Positions 34,095 through 47,874 of a DNA stretch of 64,000 bases are shown piece after piece. Source of the DNA: Paraphysomonas bandaiensis (lineage: Eukaryota > Protista > Chrysophyceae). Location of the stretch: contig CBFFRP010000426.1 in assembly GCA_965644295.1 (NCBI GenBank), forward strand, positions 425,451-489,450, read 5' to 3'. The notes beneath the pieces were generated by a model. It made no database searches. It was not told where the DNA came from and was given only the letters and a program-made list of their open reading frames with translations. Both the position numbers and the translations under genes were made by a program. Every line of letters begins with the position of its first letter. The stretch's first letter is position 1.

Positions 34095-37000
34095 TCATAG
34101 TTTGGATATGCTACATTTCATTTCATCCACGGCGCTTGTGGGTAGATTACTGCGTACGCTGTCCAGGTGACGAAGTAAACGGTCAAGCACTCTCGCATAC
34201 AGTTCCCTCCTCTTCGATAATGTATCGAAAAATGCTTGGTAGCCCAACCACAGTGCCTGTTAAATTCAATCTTATTGTTTCACATTCTCGCGAGTTGAAA
34301 CATTACCTCGCTCTTCGAGACCACACACTGTCCACTAGTGGTCGGAAGACATAGATTGGTTGAGTGTTTGGTTTTATATTCATGGTACGTAGAATTCAGT
34401 CTGAGTGTGCGGTTCCTGTGACGAAAGCTTCGGCGACGCACAAGATTTGCACCGTAAATTACTACTTCTAGAATACATCGCACAATAAACTCCGGATTTC
34501 GAGCTACAGAAATGGAACAGAATTTATTTTTCCCCCTACGTAAAACAACTGTGTTCAGATTAGGGTAGCATAACTGCGGATAGCTACCTTATGTAACATT
34601 CTGCCCTCTTCGCTGTCATTGAAAATAATTGATACAAAGACAACACAACCGTTTCTCTGGAATTCATAAATGCGTCCTAATATAAACCCATTAATAGCTA
34701 TAAAATTGCGAGTTTATTTTACTTACTAAAATAACCGGTTGTAATTTAGGTCTCAAAAAACTCTTCATAACTTTCCTGAGAGCAACACCTTGCTAATGAA
34801 TATTCGATTAGAGAATTCAAACCTCTACATGTATTCCTTCACACCTGGGTGCATTCCCGATTCATTGTGTGTTCCAGTGGTCTATTTTGTATTTTGGAAA
34901 AGGATGGGGATAGCTAAATAATGTAACCAAGGTGTTCGCAATCAAGCACGTGCATACCTCAAGTGTTTTGGTATTGACATCATACCCGCACCACAGCATG
35001 CTGTCGGAATCAGCTCTACTCAGTACAACTCGCTCTCCATGTCCTTCTATGCTGACATCGAAGTTGACTCTGCATAAGGCACGTGACGAAATAACATTAG
35101 ATCGTTGTACACGCTGGACCTTGTTTTACTCATATTAACGCCACCTCCATATGACCCAAGGCAGGAGTATATCCGTTGTAGAAAATAAGTTATACACCGT
35201 CTACAGAGCAGCTTACGGTCAACAATGTACTGCATATCAATCGTACCTTTTCAGTGATACCATGATGTAGTCATCAACCACTCGAACGATGACGCTGCTT
35301 CCGTCCGCAAGCCCCAACATTCTAGCGTCATTTTCTGAACCGAATACGTCACACTCAGCCCTGCCATAGTATATGTTGCAGAGTAGTGGGGACAGCACTG
35401 AACCCTGGGGAATTCCTTGAACCTATTCCATATGGTCAACAGGAGACACTATGATGATATATATGAACCTGGTTATACAAAATATCTTCGCCGGTATCAG
35501 ATGTCATTCTCACGACATGAGAAAACAAGTGCTGACGCAGCACTCGCAATAGCTCTTCACGAGTAAGTTTCGAATATACTACTCCTGTAAAACAATTAAC
35601 GACCTTTCATTTTCACGTCATGAAAGTGGCTGCACTCACCATCTGTGACGACCGCATCTTGATAGTGCTGAGACAACTCTTCAGATGCCTCTACAGATAT
35701 GCGCTTAATATGAATACTGTAAACACTGTAAATAAGACCTTGAAATGATAAAATGTCATCTCCTTCTGTCACATGTCTAATACTCCGCGCGACAAACCTC
35801 TCAGCACTTGTAATGTGATGAGTGACGGTGTATTTGTGTATAAGGCATGATTTCTCATCAGACTCCAAATCCATAGTTGCCGAATCAGTACACGATGTAC
35901 CTCTGCCACAGTTTTTCCCGCTTACAAGTTCAACTACAATATCATATAGCTGAGCCGTGTCCACTGAATCGAAGCACTTCTCTAAATCCAATATAGCAAC
36001 ATAATACCCACGATTCGTCTGAGCAATGAAAAATAAATATCGAGTCAGTGAACGTGTATATATTTACCATGTCTACGTCAAGTCGTGATACTCTTGCTTT
36101 ATAATCTTTGAGTACACGACTTGCATCATCCACGCCATCCACGCCAAACCCACTACAAGATGGATTCTGTCTGCAGATATGCCGTAGTACATACATACAA
36201 TTGTAGAGTGCAGAATTGGTTAGCGTTCCTGGTATATTAGCCCTGTTGCAGTGACCGGCCGCCCTCAATTTCTTGCTCATATTTGTTATAGCCCTCATAG
36301 ATGTTTTTTTTGGTACAAATCTGACTCCTGGGAAAGCAAGCAGGTCTGAATCTGGCCGATTAGACGAGTGAGCGGGAACCGATGTCTGTATAAATTCAGC
36401 TCAATATGGTTTAAAATATAAAGCATACCTTAACAAAATTCTTAACCATCTGATCCTCTCCAATCTTCTTCAATCTCATCCAATCCTTTTTTTTATAATA
36501 AAGGGTCTCTGAACCAGTACCCTCACCTTCGGTTACATAGAAAGCGCCTCCAACAAGTGGTACGATAACTTCACTAAAGATCCAATAGACAAACCACTTC
36601 AACTTATCATCAATTTCTTTTGATCGACGTGGCTGGTGCGGCTGGGGAAAGCTGTCAACCTCATTGAGTGTCGGGTCACTTCTACTTGCATCTAAGCCGT
36701 AACACACCCGCTTCGCGTCAACATGTATATCTACAGGTTTTGAATTTCTTAAAATAGCGGACGTCAGGTCACTCTCCGCCTTTGTTCGTGTAGGACGAAG
36801 CCATTTCATTGCTTTTACGTGATACCTGGATACCAGTTGAACAAGTGACATGGTCTCCGACCGTCCTAAACAAATGAACGCATCGATGCTAGACATAAAC
36901 ACGTTTTGATTATGTCGGGTTCCCCATACAGACTTCATTGGAAATATTCTGCGGCATACAGATTTTACGAATGCACTCACACTAGCCGTGGGACAAGCAA

Positions 37001-38963
37001 TCGCGTGAAAACTTCCATCCGCAGGAGTTTTCGGCTCTAGTCGTTGCTTTCTAGCGGAGCATGAAGCTATGCTTACAGGTCCCGCTCGCCCCGTTGGTTC
37101 AGACAACTACAATCACAATATATCTTACAGGATGATAACAAAAGAATCTGGTGCGGACCTCAGTAAGATGAGTTCTCATTTTGAGATGGTGGGCCCACCC
37201 ACAATTCTCATCATACTCCGCCTCGTTGCTCAGCGCCACGGTTTGTTCAGCGACTCCAGCTAACCCACTTGCTTCAACGTTTTCGTCTTGAGAAATGCAC
37301 CCTTCAGATGCCAAAGTAGAGTCCAAGATTCCGTTATACAGAGAGCGCTGCAGAATTCGTTCACCCACTGTGACATTGCCCGCGTTGTTGCCACGCTGAG
37401 GGGATGACGTGGGCGATCCTGACGCAACACAACCTGCAAACCCCATTAGAATCAATATTATCAAGAATATCATATCGCATACCGGCTCGCTTTCTCCAAT
37501 GAGAAGGTTGATAACGATTTTTTCCGCCTCTACAGCCGCGACGAACCTTTTTATAATTTATCTTAGACTCTTCGCCAGTGCCTGCATGATACTTCGTTAA
37601 AACGAGCCTCATAGTCTCAGTCTCCATATTTCTACCAGTCTCAGTGTTTTTTTTGAGTACGTGAGGATCACAATGCGCACGAAATGCCCTCCAAATATCA
37701 CACTTTCTATGCCCTTCGATTATACTTTCACAAAGAGTGCTGAGGATTTCCATTTGAGACGAGATATGTACATAATTCTTGCCGAAAATATGTATCGCCA
37801 AGGTATGGCTTGTGGTACTTGTCTGCATTACGTATGCGCCATTAGTAATTAATACACAATACTTTGTAGCCTACCTTATTCAATATATGTGACCGGGGAA
37901 GACATGGGGTAGTGTTTTTGTCGTTGTAAAATATTCGATATCGGGGTAGCACAAGAGGGCAACGACCGCGTTCTAAAGGATACGATGAAATCCAATCACA
38001 GAGATTAGCGCCATAATGGAATTCATGATAGTTATGAAAGAGGTTATAATTCCCAGATTTAAGAATAGTGCTACAATAAATGCTACCATGTACCTATCGT
38101 AGTTGCCACTTCTGAAGATGGGTACGTGAATGGTTTCACTTTGTCACTGGAGTTGAATATAATGCTGGCAACAGGTGGGCCTGCTATCTACACACAATAA
38201 CATCTGTCACAGATGATACTGGAGTTTATAGCAAACAGCTCTGCTGAATTGCACTATGATGCAATGAAAAGTACCTGTAAGTATGTCCCATTACTGGACG
38301 GCCTTAATACAGGCCGAGATAGTATGTGCTGCACTATTTCTTCTCCTGTGAGGAAATAAAAGTTGAGCTAGGAATATACAGGACACGGAATGACATACCA
38401 ATTCTCGCCACAAGTGTATCCCATAGCGGATTTATGAAGTACGAATGTAGAGTGTTGACAAAGAAGCACTCAATTCCAACGTTATTCTTAATCTCCAGCT
38501 CGCTATCCCAGCGCTACACTATATATGACTAATAAGTAACATAACAAGAGAAGTGGACCTTGCATCTATAGCCTAGAGATAATATATTCTGCTGTCTCCA
38601 ATTCGTGAACGTCCCATTCTTAACCTCCTGAGTTATAAGTCGATTCATCACATCTCTGATGCTCGAACCATGTGCCACAACACTTAATTGACCGGCTGGA
38701 GGGTGATTCTCCGGTATGATATAATACTCCGTGCATATCTACAGGACATTACTTCCAAACCACAGCTTATCATAATAAATACCTGTTTAAAAGCCAATGT
38801 ATCTGTTTCTTTTATTATTTCTGTGGGTTCAGATGCGATTCTATAAATACATTCATATCTTTATATAGAAGTCATGTATAACTTACAATGTACAGTAATC
38901 TATTAGTGATAATGTAGTAGGAAATGATTTTAATTCAAGAACTCTTTTTCTTTTATGTGACAT
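34095..38963 (-). CDS. TERT: Telomerase reverse transcriptase (many short introns)
   Basis: By manual splicing: TEN QNILSLGY and NGTYLQ/IAGPP; T motif FYVTE..LYYKKKDW; motifs 1/2 VRFVPKKTSMRAITN; A ILDLEKCFDSV; B' GIPQGSVLSPLLCNIYY; C RVVDDY; E WCGYDVNTKTLE; CTE SEALWLGYQAF. Start MSHKRKR at 38963, stop at 34095-34097. Confidence 0.95.
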
Positions 38964-39364
38964 TATAGAGTTTTGTAATATGTAAGTGTGATGACTGTAT
39001 CTATCATTCATGTACAATCAACAAGCTACTTTAATGACAACTTACGGGATATTTTAGTCATAAAATATAAAAATAATACAGATATTATGATATTATATAT
39101 AACTTTTATATGTATTTTTATATAATATTTCTGAATTTGCTAAAATATATATTATAATTGCGGTAAATAATTCATTAATATGTATAGTTGATTTTCCTTG
39201 TAAATTTATAAATCCCATGTTTCTAAGAACTGGAAAACGAAAAATCCATTAAATTATGAAATTTCCTAGTTTTTTATTCCAATCTCATATAACATACGGC
39301 ACAGCAGTACATACAGAGACATCATTGAGCACTATATGATGCATATATCTATCAAACTTGTTAC

Positions 39365-40333
39365 ATGAAGTGGAGCGTGGCCTTCAAGGCACTATTACCC
39401 GTATTGGTTATTACTTTTTCTGCAGTACTCTCTTTGGGATCAACTCAGATAGATGATGCAAGCAGTGTCGTGTGGTGTGAGCAGTCTGAGCATCCAATCT
39501 ATAATCTTAATGATGGAGTACACTGTGAGAAACCTGCTGAGTTGATAGTATTTCCCATATCATATACTGAATTTGAGACTTCTATATGTAGAGTGATGTC
39601 TAAACATTCACAACTTGTTCGTTTTCAGCATTTTAATCGTTTTAGTTACTCTAAGCGTCAAGCAGCTAATAATGCATATGCACTGTGGAAGTGGGCCATT
39701 ATTAATTTGCATCCAGATCCAGAGAGGTGTCTCTCTCTTTATTTGTGTTTTTATGTCTTTACATTTATGTGTATTAGTTTGTGGCTTGAGTTCGGCGTGG
39801 CTGGTGGATTTTCCGTCAATGTCACATCTATCTTAAAGTCGAGAGTTAGTTCAAAGCCGGTGTATGGGTTCGATTGGTTCCAAGGTTTACCGGATACGTG
39901 GAGTGACTTGGATTTTAATAGTGTTGGTCTCTTTAGTCAGCACTCAGAAATTCCGCGCACACGACCTGGCGTCAAACTGGTTGTTGGCTTGTTCAACCAG
40001 ACATTAGTCAAATTCCTTTCGTCACATCGTGATGAAGCTATTTCTATAGTTAATTTTGATGCAGATATATACAGTGCTACTGCTTACGTCTTAGAGAAGC
40101 TTCTACCCCATCTTCGGAGAGGAAGCATTTTACACTTTCATGAAATGATTCGATACGAGAGTCAGGCGCAGCCATGTCGAGGTAGCGACGAGATGCGTGC
40201 ACTGTACGATGTAATGAAATCGTTACACCTTGGACCGAGATTTTCTCAATATTTGGATAGAGGAGGACTAAAACTGAAGCTCTTACCATATAAATCTCAC
40301 TTTTTTCATCCTTTAGTGTTTGTTGTTGTATAG
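39365..40333 (+). CDS. TylF/MycF/NovP-like class I SAM-dependent O-methyltransferase with an N-terminal signal/anchor
   Basis: LEFGVAGGFS, YGFDWFQGLP..W, GLFNQTL, NFDADIYSAT, GSILHFHE. In-frame intron at 39727-39777. Confidence 0.8.
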   Translation: MKWSVAFKALLPVLVITFSAVLSLGSTQIDDASSVVWCEQSEHPIYNLNDGVHCEKPAELIVFPISYTEFETSICRVMSKHSQLVRFQHFNRFSYSKRQAANNAYALWKWAIINLHPDPERCLSLYLCFYVFTFMCISLWLEFGVAGGFSVNVTSILKSRVSSKPVYGFDWFQGLPDTWSDLDFNSVGLFSQHSEIPRTRPGVKLVVGLFNQTLVKFLSSHRDEAISIVNFDADIYSATAYVLEKLLPHLRRGSILHFHEMIRYESQAQPCRGSDEMRALYDVMKSLHLGPRFSQYLDRGGLKLKLLPYKSHFFHPLVFVVV

Positions 40334-41232
40334 TTTGGGATGGACATAGGACATGTATTTTAATACTCTAATAATTGAATCATCCATATTTGTTAGTCTA
40401 GTAATGATTGGCATATTAATAAATCTATAGCTCTCAATAGCCACATCACTAACTATGTAAAGACCAACACAAGGATTACTTTGGAATAGTGGGAAGTTTT
40501 CGTGTTAACTATTAACTATAATACGTATTTGTGTATTTGTAGCTTGTTGATGTTGTCGTCAGCTATCCTGTATTCTGTGTAGCAATGAATGTAGAATCTA
40601 CACAACTACAACAACATGAATAACATATGTAAAGAAGCGAAAAATATAGTAGTTGATAAAGATATGACTTGTATTGGAGTTGGTGAATCATGTGTTGCCA
40701 CAATTATAATTTAGCAAAATAACCACGACCCCCTGTGTCTTACTGAACCCAAGTTAACATCACCCAAGTTAGTATTAAGAGATAGGAATATAGTATAATT
40801 AATAGAGGAGGTATTTCCAGTGATGCGCCATATCTCACTGTGGTGCTGCCATGAACAATGTGCATTGACAAATGCAGAACACACATAACAGAATTATTTT
40901 TCTAGTTATGCTCAATGAAATGTATCTAGAGCATATATAAACAACAACATTTTCTTCATCAACCGATATCAAGTACCCACATATTCTGTCGCAGAATAAA
41001 ACCGAGGTCTTATATAAGGTGCACATCAAGAGTTTTAGGGATAGATGCTACAATAATAGAAAAAATATGTACTGAGTCAAACAGACCGTGATACACACTA
41101 CACACAAGGTAAACATCGAGCAAATAGACTATTGTTACATCTTCTAGAGGGCATCAATATGTAGTACTTCACACTGTAGTAATGACCCAGACCAAAACTC
41201 GCTCAGTACAATATCAGCCATCACAGATAGTA

Positions 41233-41296
41233 CTGCTGAATTGCACCGTGATGCCATGAAAAGTAGCTGTAAGTATGTCCCATTACTGGACGGCCT
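41233..41296 (-). pseudogene. Duplicated fragment of a TERT TEN-domain exon/intron junction
   Basis: 60 of 64 nt identical to 38241-38304. The donor GT is changed to CT. Confidence 0.85.
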
Positions 41297-42101
41297 CATA
41301 GAATCCCACTGTTTCGGTCTCCTTTGCCAGAATTGAATAATTTATCGTCCCTTATCATAGACTGATATTTACTGGATCAAGTTGATGTTTAAATCGAAGC
41401 GTTTGGTAAGATTTGCAGTGTGGAAATTGCATCCATTTAAATCCATTTATTCCTGTATAGAGACAAATTTTTGGACTTTAACTTGAAATATTCATTATTA
41501 TATGGTAATACATCAATTTTAAACATTGATCTCTGAATTATGAGATATGTTAGGGGAATTAATATCATTTAAAGTATATGGATATAAACCCCTCATTGCA
41601 TGTATTGGAGGAGGACAACAGGAAACTGTTGAGTTGTCCATTGTACGGTATACGTACACAATACATGCGGTAAAGTATGTTGGAATTGGTCAAAATCATA
41701 ATTATCGGGGGTTTTATATCATAAAATACCTAAATAACAGGAATATTATGTTCACACTATTAAAAATCTATAAAATGTGTGTGTAGACTTTATTCGTATA
41801 CAATAACGACTTGAAAACCACATACAGCGGAGCATACACCGCATACAGTAGCATACACAGCACTCCTACAAGTACTCTGTACCCATAAACCACATAGCAT
41901 ACAGCAGTACATGACATAGAGCATAGAGCATAGAGAGGAACCACATACATACATATTCAATCCTTCCATCCAATAAATTAATTAAATAAAGAGATATCGA
42001 TAAATGTGGATTATGATCAGATTGATTTATATTAATGAAGTTGTTTTAATATGATTACTGTGTATTGAGTACTGTGAGTGTCTGTATTACCATAAACAAA
42101 C

Positions 42102-44848
42102 ATGATGATAAGGCGTATATGTCTGAGATATTTCCAACCAGGATCAGTTATGACTAGATCTCAGGCTGGATATGCGAATACATTAACACACTTAACATCT
42201 AGTGACGATAAGAACAAGTTGAATGATAGATCTGCTGTTCTGTCAGGTAATCGAACTGATGCTGAGATTATTGAAGATAGTTTTAATTCATTTCTTAAAA
42301 AACTGAACGAGTATACACTGAATCAGAGTTTATTGGAAGTTAATCCATGGCGAACGCCTCTTTATGTACCAAAGAATGAGTACTATGATTTAATTGAGGC
42401 CAGTATGAATTTGAGAAAATTTGAGCTGCTGACTGGACTCCTGAATAAGACACATACATATCCTGTTGCAGCGGCATCAATAGGAATCCCTTATTTGTGG
42501 AAGTTACATCAGCCATTTTTAAATAGTAGTGCATTCAACCCTTCTGTATGTGACAATGGATCTGACCAATCTCAAGTGCTGTCGCGACTGGCGGAGCACT
42601 TTGCGAACTGGTTGCGATGCATGGATCAAAATAGTTTTCACATTCAAATAGATGTACTGCTTGCGTCTACCCTTTCTTTTTGCAACAACGACATTGAACT
42701 TGCTTTACGGTTTTATAATTATCTTGCTTCTGCTCTCCACCATGAGCTGAAGACATCACTCGATGCAGGTGACCCCATGGTCTCTGTCCCCAATTCCAAT
42801 CCCGGAATATATACACAATCAAGCTTCATATTGTACGTATACGAACACCTTCACAAAACAGGCTACGCCACAGAGGCCAAGCTATTTTTGCATAATATTC
42901 TTTTGCAAGGTAATTCTTACTTGGGTTTGCGATGTGGTTGATCGTCTGTGCTCTGTCCAGGGTATTTAACGCCAGAATCAGTAGAGCCTGTACTATATGC
43001 TAACCTCATCATTCGATCACTGACAATAACAAACCATGCATTTTCGTCGTCTTCTGGGGATACGTATGCACAGCTTAAGGGCAAGCGACCTGAAAGGAAC
43101 TTTGATCAAGGAAATGTAATTCTGGACGGCTTGTTTGAATTGCATATGGGTGGTTCCGATTCTCCTAACGTTCTTCTCAGAGAATATTTCTACAAGGCAA
43201 ACTCCCCCTATTCTATTTGTGTAATGTGATATAACTATATGTGCAGAGTTTGATACAAGGTGGGTGTCCGAGGACATTGTTGCAGTACGAAGAAAGGAGG
43301 AGGGAGGCTGGTGTGGCTCTGGGCGTGCTTTCGCATAACAAAGTGATTGAAGCCCACGCAGCCATCAAAGACATCGATGGGGTTTTCTCCCATCTCAAGG
43401 AGTGGTCCCTGACAGGGGTAGATGAACTACCCTACAACCAAAGTGCTCAGAGCAAGAGTACCCCGGATACTGATACTTATGTGTCGGTAATCTCATTTTT
43501 GCAGACCAACCCTAAGTTAGTAACCACTGCCCATCTTGGCCAACTGATGGACAGCATTGAGAATCATCGACCAGAACTTAAGGACTACATTGTGCTTGAA
43601 TTATTTTATATTGCTCGGAGGCTTAAATCACCTACTCTTATTAACCGAATGCTGCTCTGGTTTTGTGGTGAACCTACACGGTACATACTTCCACATTAAG
43701 CCCTTTTTTCGGTTCATTGTTGTATCAGGTCTGGGGAAAACGAGTCGGCGTCTCAACAACCAGCCATGAGTCTCAATGCGATAAACAACACAAGTGTGAA
43801 GTATAGGATATCTCGTGATGTGCTGTCAGAAGTACGTAGGGCGTTGTACCTAATTAGTTATAATAAATGTGGATATAGATATATCGAGTAGCTCTCGAGA
43901 CCACCTCTTATGGTAAAAATGCGGTCGGCATGGATTGTTTTCGGTTGATGTTGGATATGAAGAGACGAGATATGGAGGTAATACAAGCAAAAATATTTTT
44001 ATTACGGTGACGGTCAATGTATCAGCTAACGGGGGATGTGGTGAAAATGGTGATGTCCGCCATGAAGGCTTCCAAGAAGTACGAGACTGTACTTGAGATC
44101 TTCAACTGTATGTCACAGTTCGGGGTCAGCAGAGATGTGTCCCATGTTTCACTGGCCGTGCATGTAAGTCTACTGTGTTATCATATATTGCACCCATATA
44201 TGTTACTTAATTCTTTATCTTTGATGCAGGCGTATTTTCGTACTGACAAAGTGTGGAAAGGCATTGCGTTAATACAAAAATTTCAGAAAGCTGGTGCGTG
44301 AAATAACTCAAAACTGGTGGTGATGTTTTAAACATGACTCTTTTTCAGGGCAGTGTTTGGATCGGAATGTTAATATTATTGGTGGACTAGAATTGCTTCG
44401 GATGCTTGTGAAAAGCTCAACGGAACCCCTAATAGGACGCGAAAATAAACCAGTATCCACGGACTACGTCATTGACCAGTGTGTTGAGTTGTTTGGCGAT
44501 GTGATGAAAGACTGTGAAATATATCCTAGGTACGTCATGTTCGTGTGGTTATATTGCTTTTCACCTGGCGATTCGTGAATCAGTTCTGTGAAAGTCCTGG
44601 GAGATATTATTAGGCAGTTGGATACAGAGATATATAACAAGTTTGAAAGTAGATTAGACATTTTAGTGAATAGAAATAGTACAGATGATAGTAATGATAG
44701 GGGCGCCTTAAAGTTTTTGCAGATGGTACAGGAACTTCGGAGGAAACCATTGAAAAGCGCTGCACTCAAATGGAAGAAACGAAGTATATTAATTGAGAAG
44801 GTGCAACACCGGCAAGGTGTGGCTTTCTCTGATAGGCAATTACACTGA
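42102..44848 (+). CDS. Multi-exon helical-repeat (PPR-like) protein, probably mitochondrial
   Basis: Arg-rich, acid-poor N-terminus MMIRRICLRYF. PPR-like segment VMSAMKASKKYETVLEIFNCMSQFGVSRD..AYFRTDKVWKGIALIQKFQKAG. Chain of GT-AG introns links the ORFs. Confidence 0.5.
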
Positions 44849-45542
44849 ACGTAATGATATATATTGTAATTATTAATATAAAGAGTCCCTTTTTGTGGTT
44901 ATATATGTAAGATTTTGTCGTGTTGGTTGGCCTGAACGCACTCCATTAACTGTACGTGCGCTCTATTCACTCAATGCTTGTATAATAATATAGTAGCATT
45001 AAGATCGATATCACTAATCATTCATTGTCCGACACCAAATTCATGCTATCTCAACTGCCAATCATTTTCATACGACCTCAGATATATCACAATCTTAGCT
45101 TATACAGTCAATATATTTCAGTTTCGCTACTATGATTACTAATTTCCACCATGGCATTAGCTCTCATGAAAAAGTTAACCACTTCTGTATTATTTCATTA
45201 ACGGTCATAATTCAAATACGTTAGATCATGACTATTATGATTGCTAGTTCTATAGCTAATAAGGAGGCATTCACTACTAGTTATTGATTGACTGAAGTGC
45301 AATCACTCAATGTATCAAGTTACGCGAAATGATGAATAATATTATCACATTTCTTTTAGTTGAGTGTGGGGCTCAGGGGATTTAGTTAGTTTATACTCCA
45401 ACGGTTGATGACGACAATTTCTAACATATGATACGAAATAATTCACATACTCCTCTTTGTAGTATGTTTTATTCAAAGCATTTCAAATATCCGGTGTTGG
45501 ATGAATGATACTTCTACTATAACTTCGGTGGGCCATAGTAGG

Positions 45543-47401
45543 CAGGGCCTGGTAACCATTAATGGGCCATTAATGGTAATGCCATTATAATTGCCGGGAC
45601 ATTTTTCATTAATGCCATTATAATTGCCGGTAACTGGACTACCATTAATGGGCCATTAATGGTATCCCATTAATGATCTGTACTGTTATATATAGAACTG
45701 AGTGTTTTTAAGATAATAGAATATAGTATCTCCTCTATACTCCGAAGAAACTCTAAGCAATATTAGACAACAATGTTCATGCAACTCTACAGGCACTTTG
45801 TGGCAACTTTGTTCACCATCTTCTCAATGTGGAGAATAGTTTCCTGAGCAAGCAATATCTATATATAGCGACGTAGGAATTCCTACTCATATACCCCAAA
45901 AACTCTAAAATAATCATTGAAAATATGCATATTTTACCTAGACATTCATAAAAATACTATTTTCCCCCAAAGTTAAAAGAAGCTACAGCAGTACACAACT
46001 AAGCAAAGTAATATTTTACTCTGTATTTATACCATACAGTATATATATCCATATTAAGCAACGATGATGGCCGAAAAAATTGATGGCAGTGTAATTTACA
46101 GAGTCTTCTTTCGAGTGGATTCAGATAATCCTCTGTATCATATTTGTTCTTTGTGCAATGATCGCCTTAAACAGGATATAAAGCGAGGTTACACTAGTTG
46201 TGTTAATCATATAACCAAGAGCACCAAACATGCGGATTTTTCTTGGCGAGAGGAACTCGAGAGAATTTTGGGATGTGAAAGACTTCACGGGGGCGATATA
46301 TTGTCTTTTGTAAGAAAGAAAGTATCTCCTGCTGCAAGGAACTTATTTCGGTGGCTGCAATGGATAGTTATGAACGACGAACCATTTTCTATCGTGGAGA
46401 ATAAGTATATTCGGATGAACACCAATTTAGCACCCATCTCAGTTACGACGGTGATGAAATATTTACAACGCACACATATACTCGTGGAAAGGAAGTTGAG
46501 TATTATGTTACCAGATAAATTTGGTCTAGTTTTTGATGGGTGGACATGCGATGGCATGTCACATCATTATATTGCAATATTCGCAATGTGGTCCAAGGAA
46601 AATAAAGCTGGGGTTACTCGAGTGTTACTATGCTGCGGACCTCAAGAGCAACCGGACGAAAACGATTTACCTGGTATTGATTTACCCGGCAGATATCGGA
46701 GATCATATCATTAATCAACTGCGAGTATTCAATAAAACTCTTGCCAATAATGTCGATTGTCTTGTGTGTGATAACTGTTCAGTAAATCGCAAACTGGCTG
46801 AATTAATGGAGAAGCCAATGGTTGGTTGCTACTCACATCGACTGAATTTGGCAATTGCAAATATTTTCTGCAACCAGACAGGCCTCACTACCATTATTGA
46901 AAGAATCGATTCATTGAAAGAAATAACGAGGACGAGAGTGAAGGAACTGATTTTGCACAGCGTGTTCTGGACAGCGCCGAGGTCACCAAGAGAGCTCGAC
47001 TTGGTACCTATGAGTCCAACTACCGCTGCTTGCTTCATATCGAAGCACAATCTAATGTTGTTGAGAGGCTCTTTAGTCGTGCAAAGTTAATTATGACGCC
47101 TGAGCGTAGAAACATGAATCCATATCGTCTAGAATCGTTGCTATTCCTACGAGCCAATTACATGTTGTGGGATGTTTATACCATCCATGAAGCCCTGCAA
47201 GAAGATCCTGATGTGCCAGTAGAGAGCAGCGAGAAGTCTGCTAGTTAACTAAAAATTAGTAATTAAGGGATCACAGCACTATCTATTATATGAGTGGTGC
47301 TATCTACTTTAAGTTAGTAGGTATTAAAGACCATTAATGGCCATTATAATTGCCGGGAACTGGACTACCATTAATGGGCCATTAATGGTTACCAGGCCCT
47401 G
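45543..47401 (+). mobile_element. hAT DNA transposon (1859 bp) with an internally deleted, frameshifted transposase
   Basis: TIRs CAGGGCCTGGTAACCATTAATGG at both ends. 8-bp TSD ATAGTAGG (45535-45542, 47402-47409). Subterminal palindromes CCATTAATGG. Confidence 0.97.
46064..47248 (+). pseudogene. hAT transposase pseudogene
   Basis: BED finger CSLC..H..H, FDGW, CDN, CYSHRLNL, SNVVERLFS..LLFLRAN spread over three frames; the insertion domain is largely missing. Confidence 0.9.
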
Positions 47402-47599
47402 ATAGTAGGTACCTGTAGGTACTTTTCTGAGGTCCACCGAGCACTGATGAACTTCATGGAAACACGATTCACCTGGTTTAATTCTTGGTTGAATACCTAG
47501 CCACTCTAATTTCGGTATTAAAGCCTAGTCAAATAGTTAAAGTAATAAATAATTCAGTGTCTGCATTCATTAATAGATGGCTAGGCGAATACCATAAAC

Positions 47600-47745
47600 A
47601 CGTAATCTTAGTCAACATAGTCTTTGTAAACTGAAAATATGAATTATTTAATGACTAGATTTTGAACCCCTTGACTAGGTTTCTGCACTAGTTTTGGTGT
47701 GACTAGGAAATAACACCAAAGTGGCTAGCTTCAATAATAGATCCC
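47600..47745. repeat. Family B repeat copy 2
   Basis: gtcaacatagtctttgtaaactgaaaatatgaatta..gactaggttt..gtgacta..ttcaataa matches the reverse complement of 4490-4594. Confidence 0.7.
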
Positions 47746-47874
47746 ATACACCATGTACGTTTACTAGGTATGCATCTTTGTATATGCATGGTGAACTAAA
47801 ATAACACCCACAGTGATTCAAAAGGCTGGTGATTATATATAATAAGCACAGTGCAAGATAAAGTGCTACAAAGT

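Noticed and set aside
33250-41600. Telomerase RNA gene or telomeric repeats near TERT
   Set aside because: Only isolated TTAGGG/CCCTAA hexamers; no 1.5-repeat template or tandem array seen.
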